DNA of 48,869 bases, taken from contig CAVPSB010000038.1 of assembly GCA_963708025.1 (NCBI GenBank), forward strand, positions 1-48,869, read 5' to 3'. Every line of letters begins with the position of its first letter. Position 1 is the stretch's first letter. The position numbers and the translations under genes were made by a program. Below are positions 9,559-21,292 of this stretch, piece by piece. The notes under the pieces were generated by a model. The model had not been told where the DNA came from. It made no database searches and saw only the letters and a list, made by a program, of their open reading frames with translations. Origin of the DNA: an uncultured Candidatus Rokubacteria bacterium (lineage in GTDB: Bacteria; Methylomirabilota; Methylomirabilia; Rokubacteriales; DASRDR01).

Positions 9559-10611
9559 CTAGGCCAGCGGCTCCCGGTTGAGCCGCGCCAGCCGGCGCGA
9601 GACCAGCCGGGCGGTGTAGTCGACCAGCGGCACGATCTTGGCGTACGGCATGCGGCGGGGGCCGACCACGCCGAGGACGCCGAGGACGCGGTCACCGTAC
9701 TTGTACGAGGCGGCGACCAAGCTGGTCTCCTGCATCTCCTGGTACGGCATCTCGGAGCCGATGATCACCTGGACGCCGTCGCTCCCGCTCGCGCGGGCGG
9801 TCAAGAGCTCGATGAGCTGGCGCTTCTCCTCGAAGGTGCGCAGGATGGCCCGCATCGCGGAGATGTCCGAGAACTCGGGCTGGTCCAGGATGTTCATGGC
9901 GCCGCTGTAGAAGAGATTCTTGTCCCAGAGCGAGGCGAAGGCCTTCCGGGCGAGGATCGCCGAGAGCCGGGCGATGCGGTCCGGATCGACCGGCGCCGTG
10001 GTGTCTCCGAGGCGGGCCCGGATCTCCTGGAAGGAGAGGCCGCCGTACCGCTCGGTCAGGACGCGAGCGATCTCGCCCAGCTCGGCGGGCGACACCGGCT
10101 CGTCGAGGGTCAGGATGCGGCTCGTCCCCCAGCCGGTCTCGGTGGCGAGGACAACCAGCGCCCGGTCGCCCTCGACCGGGATCAGGTCGATCCGCTCGAG
10201 CCGGGTCTGCCGGAGCGGAGGGGCCAGGATGACGGCGGCGTAGTGGGACAGGGTGGAGAGCTGGGCGGAGGTCGACTCCATCAGCTCGTCGATGTCCGAG
10301 CGGGTCCCCGCCACCTGCCGCTGGAGCCGGATGGCGTCCGGCCGCCCGATCTGGGCCGTGCCCATGAGGAAGTCGACGTAGAAGCGGTACGCCGTGTCCG
10401 TCGGCACGCGCCCGGCCGAGGTGTGGGGGTGGGTCAGGTAGCCCATCTCCTCCAGATCGGCCATGGTGTTCCGGATGGTGGCCGGCGACAGGCCCAGGGC
10501 GTACTTCTTCGCGAGCTGGCGGGAGCCCACCGGCTCGGCGGTCACGATGTATTCGAATATGACAGCCTGCAGGACCTGCCGGCCCCGCTCGCCCAGTTCG
10601 TCCCAGGTCAC
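9559..10611 (-). CDS. hrcA: Heat-inducible transcription repressor HrcA
   Basis: EPVGSRQL, SPATIRNTMADLEEMGYLTHPHTSAGRVPT, GVVGPRRMPY. GTG at 10611 has a GGGAGG RBS (alternative start 10650). Confidence 0.96.
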   Translation of the reverse strand: MTWDELGERGRQVLQAVIFEYIVTAEPVGSRQLAKKYALGLSPATIRNTMADLEEMGYLTHPHTSAGRVPTDTAYRFYVDFLMGTAQIGRPDAIRLQRQVAGTRSDIDELMESTSAQLSTLSHYAAVILAPPLRQTRLERIDLIPVEGDRALVVLATETGWGTSRILTLDEPVSPAELGEIARVLTERYGGLSFQEIRARLGDTTAPVDPDRIARLSAILARKAFASLWDKNLFYSGAMNILDQPEFSDISAMRAILRTFEEKRQLIELLTARASGSDGVQVIIGSEMPYQEMQETSLVAASYKYGDRVLGVLGVVGPRRMPYAKIVPLVDYTARLVSRRLARLNREPLA

Positions 10612-10655
10612 CGATACCCTCCCGGCGTCAGCGGTTCGCGTCGTCGCCACTCCTA

Positions 10656-10684
10656 AATATCCAGCCCTGACGCGGAGTTGTCAA
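10656..10684 (-). promoter_or_regulatory. Putative sigma70 promoter of hrcA-grpE-dnaJ
   Basis: Minus strand TTGACA-N17-GATATT in the short hemW-hrcA spacer. Confidence 0.55.
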
Positions 10685-10706
10685 GGAAGGCGGCACGCCG
10701 ACCCGG

Positions 10707-11987
10707 TCAGATCAGCTCGGCGAACAGGCTGTCCGAGAGGAGAACCCCGCGTGGAGTCAGGGCGAGCCGGCCGTTCCGCTCGGTCAGCACACCCGCCGCC
10801 CGGTAGCGGTCGAGGATCCCGTCGAGCCGCTCGGGCGCGCCGGCGAAGTGAGACTCCAGCCAGGCCAGGGGGATCCCCTCCGCCAGGCGCAGGCCGAGCA
10901 CGATGCGCTCGCCGCGGACCTGGGCCGGGATCAGCCGCTCGGCCCAGGTGATCGGCCAGCGGCCGGCGGCGAGCAGCTCGCGGTATCGCACGTGGCTCCG
11001 CTCGTTCCCGAACCGGGTGGCGCCCAGGGCGGCGTGGGCGCCCGGGCCGAGGCCCAGATAGTCCTCGCGGTGCCAGTAGAGCAGGTTGTGTCGCGAGCCG
11101 AAGCCCGGGTGGGCGAAGTTCGAGATCTCGTAGCGCTCGAGTCCGGTCGCCGCCGCCCGCTCGCAGAGCTGCTCGAACTGGTCCACCGCGACCTCCTCGT
11201 CCGGGAGGTCCGTCGGGGGCCGCCGTCCGAACGCCGTGCCCGGCTCGAGGGTCAAGGCATAGGCCGACAGGTGCTCGGGCCCCCACCCCAGCACCTCGTC
11301 GAGGGTCGCGCGCCACGTCGCCCGGTCCTGCCCCGGGCAGCCGTACAGGAGATCGACGCTCACGTTGGTGAAGCCGGCCCTCCGGGCCGCCGCGTAGGCT
11401 CGCCGGGCGGTGGCCGCGGAGTGCTCCCGCCCCAGGCGCCGGAGGAGGGCGTCGTCGAGCGACTGGACGCCGAGCGACAGCCGGGTCACCCCGGCCGCCC
11501 GGAAGGCGGCCAGACGGGCGGCTTCGAGGTCCTCGGGATTGGCCTCGAGGGTGACCTCGGCGTCGGCCCGGAGCCCGAGCCCGCCGCGCGCCGCCGCGAT
11601 CAGCTCGCCGATGGCGTCGGGCGGCAGGAGCGAGGGCGTCCCACCCCCGAAGAAGAGGCTGACGGCGGGCAGCCGGCCAGCCCAGGGGAGCGCCGCGTAG
11701 CGGGCCAGCTCGTCGGCGAGCGCGGCGACGAAGGGAGCGACCCGGTCCTCGCGGTAGATGGCGACGTTGAAGTCGCAGTACGGGCAGCGCCGGAGGCAGA
11801 ACAGACAGTGGACGTAGATCCCGTACCGCTCGCCGCCGGGCCCCGCCTCCAGCTCGGCAACCGGCGCGGCCGGCCTCTGCCGTCTCGCCTCTGACGCGCT
11901 GTGCCGGGTGAGAGGGCTGGCCGGGTGAGGGCGGCGCCACCGGAGGCGTACGCGTGGCACGCCGGGATGGGCGTCACCCTGGCGCAC
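10707..11987 (-). CDS. hemW: Radical SAM heme chaperone HemW (HemN-like); start uncertain
   Basis: YVHCLFCLRRCPYCDFN (CxxxCxxC), FFGGGTPS, EVTLEANP, YEISNFA, HNLLYW, YLGLGPGAH. Conserved lepA-hemW-hrcA synteny. Confidence 0.9.
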   Translation of the reverse strand: MRQGDAHPGVPRVRLRWRRPHPASPLTRHSASEARRQRPAAPVAELEAGPGGERYGIYVHCLFCLRRCPYCDFNVAIYREDRVAPFVAALADELARYAALPWAGRLPAVSLFFGGGTPSLLPPDAIGELIAAARGGLGLRADAEVTLEANPEDLEAARLAAFRAAGVTRLSLGVQSLDDALLRRLGREHSAATARRAYAAARRAGFTNVSVDLLYGCPGQDRATWRATLDEVLGWGPEHLSAYALTLEPGTAFGRRPPTDLPDEEVAVDQFEQLCERAAATGLERYEISNFAHPGFGSRHNLLYWHREDYLGLGPGAHAALGATRFGNERSHVRYRELLAAGRWPITWAERLIPAQVRGERIVLGLRLAEGIPLAWLESHFAGAPERLDGILDRYRAAGVLTERNGRLALTPRGVLLSDSLFAELI

Positions 11988-12044
11988 GGCGCGAGGTCGC
12001 AGTCCGAGCGCGTTGTCGCCGAGATGAGGAGAGGCATGCGAAGG

Positions 12045-12716
12045 TTATCGGCCCGGCGCGGCTAGTAGATGATCTTCCCGAGCCGTCCCCAGCGTCACGC
12101 GCTCCCACAACGCCTTGTCTTCCCGCTCCGAGTCCCAGGACCAGTAGATGATGAACGCCTGGCCCTTGATCTTGTCGACCTTGACAAACCCCCAGTACCG
12201 GCTGTCCTGGCTGTTGTTCCGGTTGTCCCCCATCACGAAGTAGGAGGCGGGGGGGATGTGGACCGGTCCGAACGCCTCCCCGCCCACGCCCATCCGGTCC
12301 TCGTAGAAGCCCCAGGGGTCCTTGATGGGCTGGCAGCTCGGATCTGGCGGGCGGCAGTTGATGAAGATCTGGCGGTCCTTGATGAAGACGTCCTCGTTGG
12401 GGAGCCCGATCACGCGCTTGATGAAGTCGCGATGCTCGTCCACCGGGTACTTGAAGACCACGACGTCGCCGCGGGCCGGGTCGCGGAACCGGTAGATGAA
12501 CTTGTTGACCAGGATGTGGTCACCGACCAGGAGGGTCGGGATCATGGACCCCGACGGGATCTTGAACGCCTGGACGACGAAGGTGCGGATCAGGAGCGCC
12601 AGGAGGACGGCGATCAGGATCGCCTCGGCGTACTCCCGGACGACGGACTTCCGGCGGACCGGCGCCATCGGCTGGGGGACGCTCTCCGGCTCGGTGTGGT
12701 TGAGGGGCTGCGCCAT
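12045..12716 (-). CDS. lepB: Signal peptidase I (apparent +1 frameshift in the last ~10 codons)
   Basis: IPSGSMIPTL (catalytic Ser), FIKRVIG (Lys), MGDNRNNSQDSRYWG. Directly downstream of lepA. Confidence 0.95.
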   Translation of the reverse strand: MAQPLNHTEPESVPQPMAPVRRKSVVREYAEAILIAVLLALLIRTFVVQAFKIPSGSMIPTLLVGDHILVNKFIYRFRDPARGDVVVFKYPVDEHRDFIKRVIGLPNEDVFIKDRQIFINCRPPDPSCQPIKDPWGFYEDRMGVGGEAFGPVHIPPASYFVMGDNRNNSQDSRYWGFVKVDKIKGQAFIIYWSWDSEREDKALWERVTLGTAREDHLLAAPGR

Positions 12717-12724
12717 CGCGGCCC

Positions 12725-14515
12725 CTACGACCGGAGCACGGTGAGGAAGGCCTCCTGGGGGATCTCCACCCGACCGATCTGCTTCATCCGCTTCTTCCCT
12801 TCCTTCTGCCGTTCGAGGAGCTTCCGCTTGCGCGTGATGTCGCCCCCGTAGCACTTGGCGGTCACGTTCTTCCGGAGCGGGCGGACGGTCTCCCGCGCGA
12901 TGACCCGGCTGCCGATCGCCGCCTGGATCACCACCTCGAACATCTGGCGCGGGATCACCGCCTTCAGCTTCTCGGCCAGCATCTTCCCCCGCTCGTAGGC
13001 CTTGTCGCGGTGGACGATCACCGACAGCGCGTCGACCGGGTCGCCGTTCAGCAGGATGTCGAGCTTGACCAGGTCGGAGGCCCGGAATTCCAGGAAGTCG
13101 TAGTCGAACGAGGCGTAGCCCCTCGACAGCGACTTCAGCTTGTCGTAGAAGTCGACGATGACCTCGGCCAGCGGGAAGTCGAACGTCAGGTGCACGCGCT
13201 TGCCGATGTGCTCGACCGCCTTGTGCTCGCCGCGAGCGTCCTGGGCCAGCTTGTAGACCGCGCCCATGAACTCGGTCGGCAGGAAGATCGAGCCGCGGAC
13301 GTACGGCTCCTGGAGCTCCTCGATGTTCCCGACCGGCGGCAGCTTGGCCGGATTGTCGATCTCGATCGTCTCCTTCTCGATCGACACCACCCGGTAGCGG
13401 ACCGAGGGCGCGGTGGCGATCAGGCCCAGGCCGAACTCTCGCTCGAGCCGCTCCTGGATGATCTCCAGGTGGAGGAGCCCGAGGAAGCCGCAGCGGAAGC
13501 CGAAGCCGAGGGCGATCGAGGACTCCGGCTCGAAGGTGAACGCCGAGTCGTTGAGCCGGAGCTTCTCCAGCGCGTCCCGGAGGGCCTGGTACTCGGTGTC
13601 CTCCAGCGGGTAGAGGCCGGAGAACACCATGGGCTTGGCCTCGCGGAAGCCCGGCAGGGCGACCGCGGTCGGGTTGGCGGCCTCGGTGATGGTCTCGCCG
13701 ACCCGGGAGTCGGCCACCCGCTTGATGCCGGCGGTCAGGAAGCCGACCTGGCCGGCCGTCAGCTCGTCCACCTTCAGCATGCGGGGCGTGAACACCCCGA
13801 CCTGCTGGACCTCGTAGACCTTGCCGTTGGACATCAGTAAGATACGGGTGCCGGCCGTGACCCGCCCGTCGAGAACGCGGACGTACACGACGACCCCCTG
13901 GTAGGAGTCGTAGAAGGAGTCGAAGACGAGCGCCTTGAGCGGTGCCGCGGGATCGCCCTTCGGCGGGGGGATCCGCCGCACGACCGCCTCCAGGAGCTCC
14001 TCCACCCCGGTCCCCGCCTTGGCGCTGATCAGCAGCGCCTCGTCGGGATCGAGGCCCAGGACGTCGGCGAGCTGCCGCTTGGTCCCCTCGACGTCGGCCT
14101 GGGGCAGGTCGATCTTGTTGATGACCGGCACGATGGTCAGGTCCGACTCGAGCGCCAGGTAGTAGTTGGCGAGGGTCTGGGCCTCCACCCCCTGGGCGGC
14201 GTCGACCACCAGGATGGCGCCGTCACAGGCGGCCAGGCTCCGCGACACCTCGTACGAGAAGTCCACGTGGCCGGGGGTGTCGATCAGGTTCAGCGTGTAG
14301 GTCCGGCCGTCCCGCGCCCGGTAGAGGAGCCGGACGGAGTGGGCTTTGATGGTGATCCCGCGCTCCCGCTCGAGATCCATCGAATCGAGCATCTGGTCCA
14401 CGGCCTTCCGCGGGTCCATCGAGCCGGTCAGCTCGAGAAGCCGGTCGGCAAGCGTGGACTTGCCGTGGTCGATGTGGGCGATGATGGAGAAGTTGCGGAT
14501 CAGATCGAGGCTCAT
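12725..14515 (-). CDS. lepA: Elongation factor 4 (LepA)
   Basis: [33 protein letters not shown]-terminal [25 protein letters not shown]. Confidence 0.98.
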   Translation of the reverse strand: MSLDLIRNFSIIAHIDHGKSTLADRLLELTGSMDPRKAVDQMLDSMDLERERGITIKAHSVRLLYRARDGRTYTLNLIDTPGHVDFSYEVSRSLAACDGAILVVDAAQGVEAQTLANYYLALESDLTIVPVINKIDLPQADVEGTKRQLADVLGLDPDEALLISAKAGTGVEELLEAVVRRIPPPKGDPAAPLKALVFDSFYDSYQGVVVYVRVLDGRVTAGTRILLMSNGKVYEVQQVGVFTPRMLKVDELTAGQVGFLTAGIKRVADSRVGETITEAANPTAVALPGFREAKPMVFSGLYPLEDTEYQALRDALEKLRLNDSAFTFEPESSIALGFGFRCGFLGLLHLEIIQERLEREFGLGLIATAPSVRYRVVSIEKETIEIDNPAKLPPVGNIEELQEPYVRGSIFLPTEFMGAVYKLAQDARGEHKAVEHIGKRVHLTFDFPLAEVIVDFYDKLKSLSRGYASFDYDFLEFRASDLVKLDILLNGDPVDALSVIVHRDKAYERGKMLAEKLKAVIPRQMFEVVIQAAIGSRVIARETVRPLRKNVTAKCYGGDITRKRKLLERQKEGKKRMKQIGRVEIPQEAFLTVLRS

Positions 14516-14572
14516 GTCGGGAAGGATGGAGGCTGGCTCAGAGTCTCGCGGCGGCGACGGCCGGCGTCGCCT

Positions 14573-15997
14573 TCACCGCACTCCGGCGTCGTTCGTCAGT
14601 CGCTCCACCAGTGCCTCCGCGTCGCGGTGCAGCTCGTCGACCTCGGCCTCCGTCGGCGCTTCGATGTAGATGCGCAGGAGCGGCTCGGTTCCCGAGACCC
14701 GCACCAGCACCCACGACCCGTCCTCTAGCCAGTACTTCCGCCCGTCCAGCGTCTCGATCCGCTCCACCCGCCAGCGCCCCAGGAGCTCGGGGGGTGCGGC
14801 GTCCAGCCGCGCGACGAGCCGGCGGCCGAGGTCCGGGTGCAGGGTGTAGTCCCGGCGCCGGTACACCGTGGCGCCCGCCTCGGCTTCCAGGCTCCGCACG
14901 AGGTCGTCGAGGCTCGCGTCCGAGGCCACCACCGCCTCCAGGACCAGGAGCGCGCTCAGGAGACCGTCCCGCTCGGGCAAGTGATCGCGGAAGCCGATGC
15001 CACCCGACTCCTCGCCCCCAATGAGGATATCACGGGTCAGCATGAGGGGCGCGATGTGCTTGAAGCCGATCGGCGTGACGTGGAGCGGCAAACCGTACCG
15101 CTCGCAGATGCGGTCGAGCTGCACGCCGACGGCGAAGCCCTTCACGACCTCGCCCCGCCAGCCGCGCACGCGCACCAGGTGGCGGGTGAGCAGTGCCAGC
15201 ACCTCGTGGGGGGTGATCCAGCGCCCGTCCGGGCCAACGACCCCGAGCCGGTCGCCGTCGCCGTCCATCGCCACCCCGATGTCGGCGCCGGAGCGCCGGA
15301 CCTCGGCGGCGAGCTGGTCGAGGTGGGGAGGGATGGGCTCGGGGTGCAGCCCGCCGAAGCTCGGGTCCGGCTCGGCGTGGAGGAGCCGCACCTCCCCCCA
15401 CGCCGGCGGGACCAGCGATCGCATCAGCCCGCCGGTCGCCCCGTGGAGCGCGTCGGCCACGATCCGGAGCGGGCGGGCTGGCCGGCGGTCGGCGAGCACG
15501 CGCGTGCGGATCCGCTCGAGGTAAGGCGGCACCAGGTCCACCCGCGTGACGCGGCGGTCGCCACCGGCGCCGGACGGGGGCGGGGTGGCGCCGATCGCGG
15601 CCTCGACCTTCGCGGTGAACTCCGGCGGCACCGAGCCGCCGAATGGGGCCTTCAGCTTGATGCCGTTGAAGCGGGCCGGGTTGTGGCTGGCCGTCACCAC
15701 CAGCCCGCCGGCGGCGCCCTCGCGGACGACCGAGAACGAGACGACGGGGGTGGGAACCGGCCGGTCGGCCAGGAGGACCTGCCACCCGTTGGCGGCCAGG
15801 ATGCCGGCCGCCAGGTCGGCCACCGCCCGGGAGTTGCGGCGGGTGTCGTAGCCGACGACGATCGGGCGCGTCCGGTCCGCCTCGGCCGCCCAGACCTCGG
15901 CGGCGGCCTGGACCACCCGGGCGGCGCTCGCCTCGGTGAAGTCCTCGTCGATGACGCCCCGCCAGCCGTCCGTCCCGAACTTGATCGGCTCAGTCAC
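14573..15997 (-). CDS. Phosphoglucomutase/phosphomannomutase family protein
   Basis: FGTDGWRG, TASHNP (phospho-Ser), DGDGDR, GEESGG, RVSGTEP. Confidence 0.95.
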   Translation of the reverse strand: MTEPIKFGTDGWRGVIDEDFTEASAARVVQAAAEVWAAEADRTRPIVVGYDTRRNSRAVADLAAGILAANGWQVLLADRPVPTPVVSFSVVREGAAGGLVVTASHNPARFNGIKLKAPFGGSVPPEFTAKVEAAIGATPPPSGAGGDRRVTRVDLVPPYLERIRTRVLADRRPARPLRIVADALHGATGGLMRSLVPPAWGEVRLLHAEPDPSFGGLHPEPIPPHLDQLAAEVRRSGADIGVAMDGDGDRLGVVGPDGRWITPHEVLALLTRHLVRVRGWRGEVVKGFAVGVQLDRICERYGLPLHVTPIGFKHIAPLMLTRDILIGGEESGGIGFRDHLPERDGLLSALLVLEAVVASDASLDDLVRSLEAEAGATVYRRRDYTLHPDLGRRLVARLDAAPPELLGRWRVERIETLDGRKYWLEDGSWVLVRVSGTEPLLRIYIEAPTEAEVDELHRDAEALVERLTNDAGVR

Positions 15998-16012
15998 GCG
16001 TTTCGGCCACGC

Positions 16013-17089
16013 CTAGGCCGAGACGACCACGCGGGAGTAGTCCGACATGACCGAGCCGTCGCCGAGCACGGTCCCCGGCCCCAGCTCGGCGTGGGCGCCG
16101 ATCCGGCATCCGCTCCCCACCAGGCACCCGTGGAGGCGGGCGCCGGCACCGACGCCGACCCCGTCCCAGAGCACCGCGGTCTCGACGAGGGCGCCGGCGC
16201 CGAGGCGACAGCCCGGTCCCAGCACCGCCCCCGGCCCGATGACGACGTCCGGCTCGAGGCGGCAGTCGGCGCCGATGACGACCGGAGCCCGCAGCCGGAC
16301 GGTCGAGTGCAGGTCGGCGCTCGGGTCGAGCCACCCTTCCTGCACGCGCCGCCCGGGCGGGGTCACCGACGTCTGGACCAGGCGGCCCAGGAGATCCTGG
16401 TGGGCCTGGAGGTACTTGAACGCCGTGCCGATGTCGAGCCAGTAGGCGCGCGGGACGTGGCCCACGAAGGCGATCTCGCGCTCGAGGAGCATCGGGAAGA
16501 ACTCGCGCTCCATCGAGTGGGCGTGCCCCTTGGGGATCAGATCGAGCAGCTCTCGCTCGAGGACGTAGATGCCGGCGTTGATCGTGTTGGTGGTGACCTC
16601 GTCCCAGCCCGGCTTCTCCAGGAACCGGCGCACCCGACCGTCGGGCTCGAGCTCGACGAGGCCGTAGGCGGTCGGGTTCTCGACCGGCGTGAGGAAGATC
16701 GAGGCCTTGGCCCGCCGCGCCTCGTGGGCGGCCAGCATGGCGCCGACATCGAGGTCGGTCAGGATGTCCCCGTTCAGCACGACCACCCGTCCCTCCACCA
16801 GGTCGGCGGCGTTCCGCACGCCGCCCGCGGTGCCCAGCGGCTCGTCCTCGACGACGTAGCGGAGGCGGACGCCGGCCGCCCGGCCGTCGCCCATGACCTC
16901 CCGGATCACGGCCGGCATGTGCGAGACGGAGAGGATGACGTCGGTGATGCCGTGCGCCGCAAGCAGGGCAAGCTGGTGGTGGAGAAAGGGCACATTGATC
17001 AGCGGCACCACCGGCTTCGGCCGGTTGAGGGTGAGCGGCCGGAGCCGCGTCCCCATCCCGCCCGCCAGGATGACCGCCTGGACCGCCAT
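16013..17089 (-). CDS. NDP-sugar pyrophosphorylase (mannose-1-phosphate guanylyltransferase-like) with hexapeptide repeats
   Basis: ILAGGMGTRLRPLT, PKP, EPLGTAG, NGD, FLEKP, WLDIG, and a C-terminal left-handed beta-helix. Confidence 0.92.
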   Translation of the reverse strand: MAVQAVILAGGMGTRLRPLTLNRPKPVVPLINVPFLHHQLALLAAHGITDVILSVSHMPAVIREVMGDGRAAGVRLRYVVEDEPLGTAGGVRNAADLVEGRVVVLNGDILTDLDVGAMLAAHEARRAKASIFLTPVENPTAYGLVELEPDGRVRRFLEKPGWDEVTTNTINAGIYVLERELLDLIPKGHAHSMEREFFPMLLEREIAFVGHVPRAYWLDIGTAFKYLQAHQDLLGRLVQTSVTPPGRRVQEGWLDPSADLHSTVRLRAPVVIGADCRLEPDVVIGPGAVLGPGCRLGAGALVETAVLWDGVGVGAGARLHGCLVGSGCRIGAHAELGPGTVLGDGSVMSDYSRVVVSA

Positions 17090-17122
17090 GATCAGTTCAG
17101 AGCCTCCCGCCTACCCGATCCT

Positions 17123-17217
17123 TCGGACGGCCTTCGGCCTGTGGCGACGGCCTCCGGCCTTTGGCCCCCCTCCCCCAGCCGTTGGACGCCTTCGGCCTTT
17201 GGCCGGGGGGAGGGGGG
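17123..17217. repeat. Intergenic REP-like cluster: three GGCCTTCGGCC-type units inside a C-rich/G-rich hairpin
   Basis: Units at 17123-17144, 17146-17164 and 17184-17202. The first is the exact reverse complement of 28216-28237. Confidence 0.75.
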
Positions 17218-17246
17218 AGCCGGAGGACCGATTCGTTCACACGCTC

Positions 17247-17450
17247 TCAGCGCGAGGACGCCCCCGCCCCGCCGGGGGCGCCCGCTGGGGGCGTCCAGTC
17301 CTCGGCCTCGGAGATCAGCATCACCGGGATGTCGTCTCGGATGGGGTAGGCCTTCCGGCACGCCGGGCAGATGATCCGCGTCTCCTCGAACAGGAGGTTC
17401 CCCTTGCAGGCGGGGCAGGCCAGGATGGACTTCAGCTCCTCGTCGATCAT
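17247..17450 (-). CDS. Trm112/YcaR-family small protein
   Basis: LKSILACPACKGNL...ICPACRKAYPIRDDIPVMLISEA, with a GGAGG RBS. Confidence 0.92.
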   Translation of the reverse strand: MIDEELKSILACPACKGNLLFEETRIICPACRKAYPIRDDIPVMLISEAEDWTPPAGAPGGAGASSR

Positions 17451-17501
17451 GACACCTCCGGTGCCGGGCCGGCACGTTGCAGCGCGGGAGTCACGGGGTG
17501 T

Positions 17502-19817
<2,316 letters not shown>

Positions 19818-19822
19818 GGCGG

Positions 19823-21133
19823 TCAGGCGGGGTAGGCCGGCTTGCGGCCGATCGAGTGGTACTCGAACCCGAGCCTCCGCATGCGGTCCGGCTCGTAGAT
19901 GTTGCGCCCGTCGAAGATCAGCGGGCGGCGCATCACCCCCCGGAGCCGCTCCAGGTTCAGGAGCTTGAACTCGTTCCACTCGGTCACGATCGCGACGGCG
20001 TCGGCGCCTTCGGCGGCCTCGTAGGAGGAGGGACAGTACTCCACGGTGTTCGGGAGCAGGCTCCGGGCGTTCGCCATGGCGGCCGGATCGTAGGCGCGGA
20101 CCCGGGCGCCGCCCTCCAGGAGCCCGGTGATCACCTCGACGCTCCGGGCCTCCCGCATGTCGTCGGTCTTCGCCTTGAAGGCCAGCCCCAGGACGGCGAC
20201 GACACGGTCCTCCAGCGGGTCGAGGACCTTTCGCACGAGCGCGACGAAACGCTGCGCTCGCTCGCGGTTGACCTCCACCACCGAGCGGAGGAGCCGGAAG
20301 TCGTAGCCGCGGCTGGCCGCCGTCTGGACCAGCGAGTCGGTGTCCTTGGGGAAGCAGGAGCCGCCGTAGCCGAGGCCGGGCTGGAGGAACTCCCGGCCGA
20401 TCCGGGGGTCCAGCCCCATCCCCTTCACCACGTGGGTCACGTCGGCGCCGGACAGCTCGCAGAGGTTGGCGATCGCGTTGATGAACGAGATCTTGGTGGC
20501 CAGGAACGCGTTCGACGCGTACTTGATCATCTCGGCCGACGGCACGTCGGTGATGATCATCGGCCGCTCGAGAGGCGCGTAGAGCTCGAGCAGCGTCATC
20601 GCGACCTGCTGGTTCGGCGCGCCGATCACGATGCGGTCGGGGCGGAGGGTGTCCTCGATGGCCGACCCCTCCCGCAGGAACTCGGGATTGGAGACGACGT
20701 CGAAGTCCACCGGACGGCGGCGGTTGCGGGTGATGATGTCCCGGACGAGGTCGCCGGTCCCCACCGGGACCGTGGACTTGTTGACGATCACCTTGTACCG
20801 ATCGAGCGCCCGGGCGATGCCGAGGGCGACCTCCTCCACCGCCGAGAGATCGGACTCGCCGCTGGCCTTGGACGGCGTGCCGACCGCGATGAAGACAATG
20901 TCGGAGCGCCGGACCGCCTGGGCCAGGTCGGTCGTGAAGGCCAGCCGGTGGTCGTCCGCGTTCCGGTGGACCAGCTCCTCCAGGCCGGGCTCGTAGATCG
21001 GCATCTGCCCGGACCGGAGCATCTCCACCTTGGCGGCGTCCTTGTCCACGCAGACCACGTCATTGCCGAGGTCCGCGAAGACAGCGCCGGTGACGAGCCC
21101 GACGTAGCCGGTCCCCACCACCGCGATGTTCAT
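19823..21133 (-). CDS. ugd: UDP-glucose 6-dehydrogenase
   Basis: GTGYVGL, NKSTVPVGT, SNPEFLREG, KYASNAFLATKISFIN, GYGGSCFPKD, FDGRN. Confidence 0.96.
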   Translation of the reverse strand: MNIAVVGTGYVGLVTGAVFADLGNDVVCVDKDAAKVEMLRSGQMPIYEPGLEELVHRNADDHRLAFTTDLAQAVRRSDIVFIAVGTPSKASGESDLSAVEEVALGIARALDRYKVIVNKSTVPVGTGDLVRDIITRNRRRPVDFDVVSNPEFLREGSAIEDTLRPDRIVIGAPNQQVAMTLLELYAPLERPMIITDVPSAEMIKYASNAFLATKISFINAIANLCELSGADVTHVVKGMGLDPRIGREFLQPGLGYGGSCFPKDTDSLVQTAASRGYDFRLLRSVVEVNRERAQRFVALVRKVLDPLEDRVVAVLGLAFKAKTDDMREARSVEVITGLLEGGARVRAYDPAAMANARSLLPNTVEYCPSSYEAAEGADAVAIVTEWNEFKLLNLERLRGVMRRPLIFDGRNIYEPDRMRRLGFEYHSIGRKPAYPA

Positions 21134-21292
21134 GTCGATCGCCTCGCCAGAGAGATCACGCTCCGGTCATGATACTGGAACGGACCGTGCCGCAGCAACA
21201 TCGGCGCTCCCGGGCCGATAACCTTCGCAGCCCGGCGTCCTCGGCCCGGGAGCACGTCAGGCCATGGCGTTCATCGGTGGGCCGCCGGAGAG

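Noticed and set aside
14837-17374. Long antisense ORFs (845 aa here; also 3611-5155, 21713-23287, 26671-28287, 35422-37017)
   Set aside because: These are shadow or alternate-frame ORFs of real genes in high-GC DNA, with low-complexity R/G/P/A composition and no motifs.
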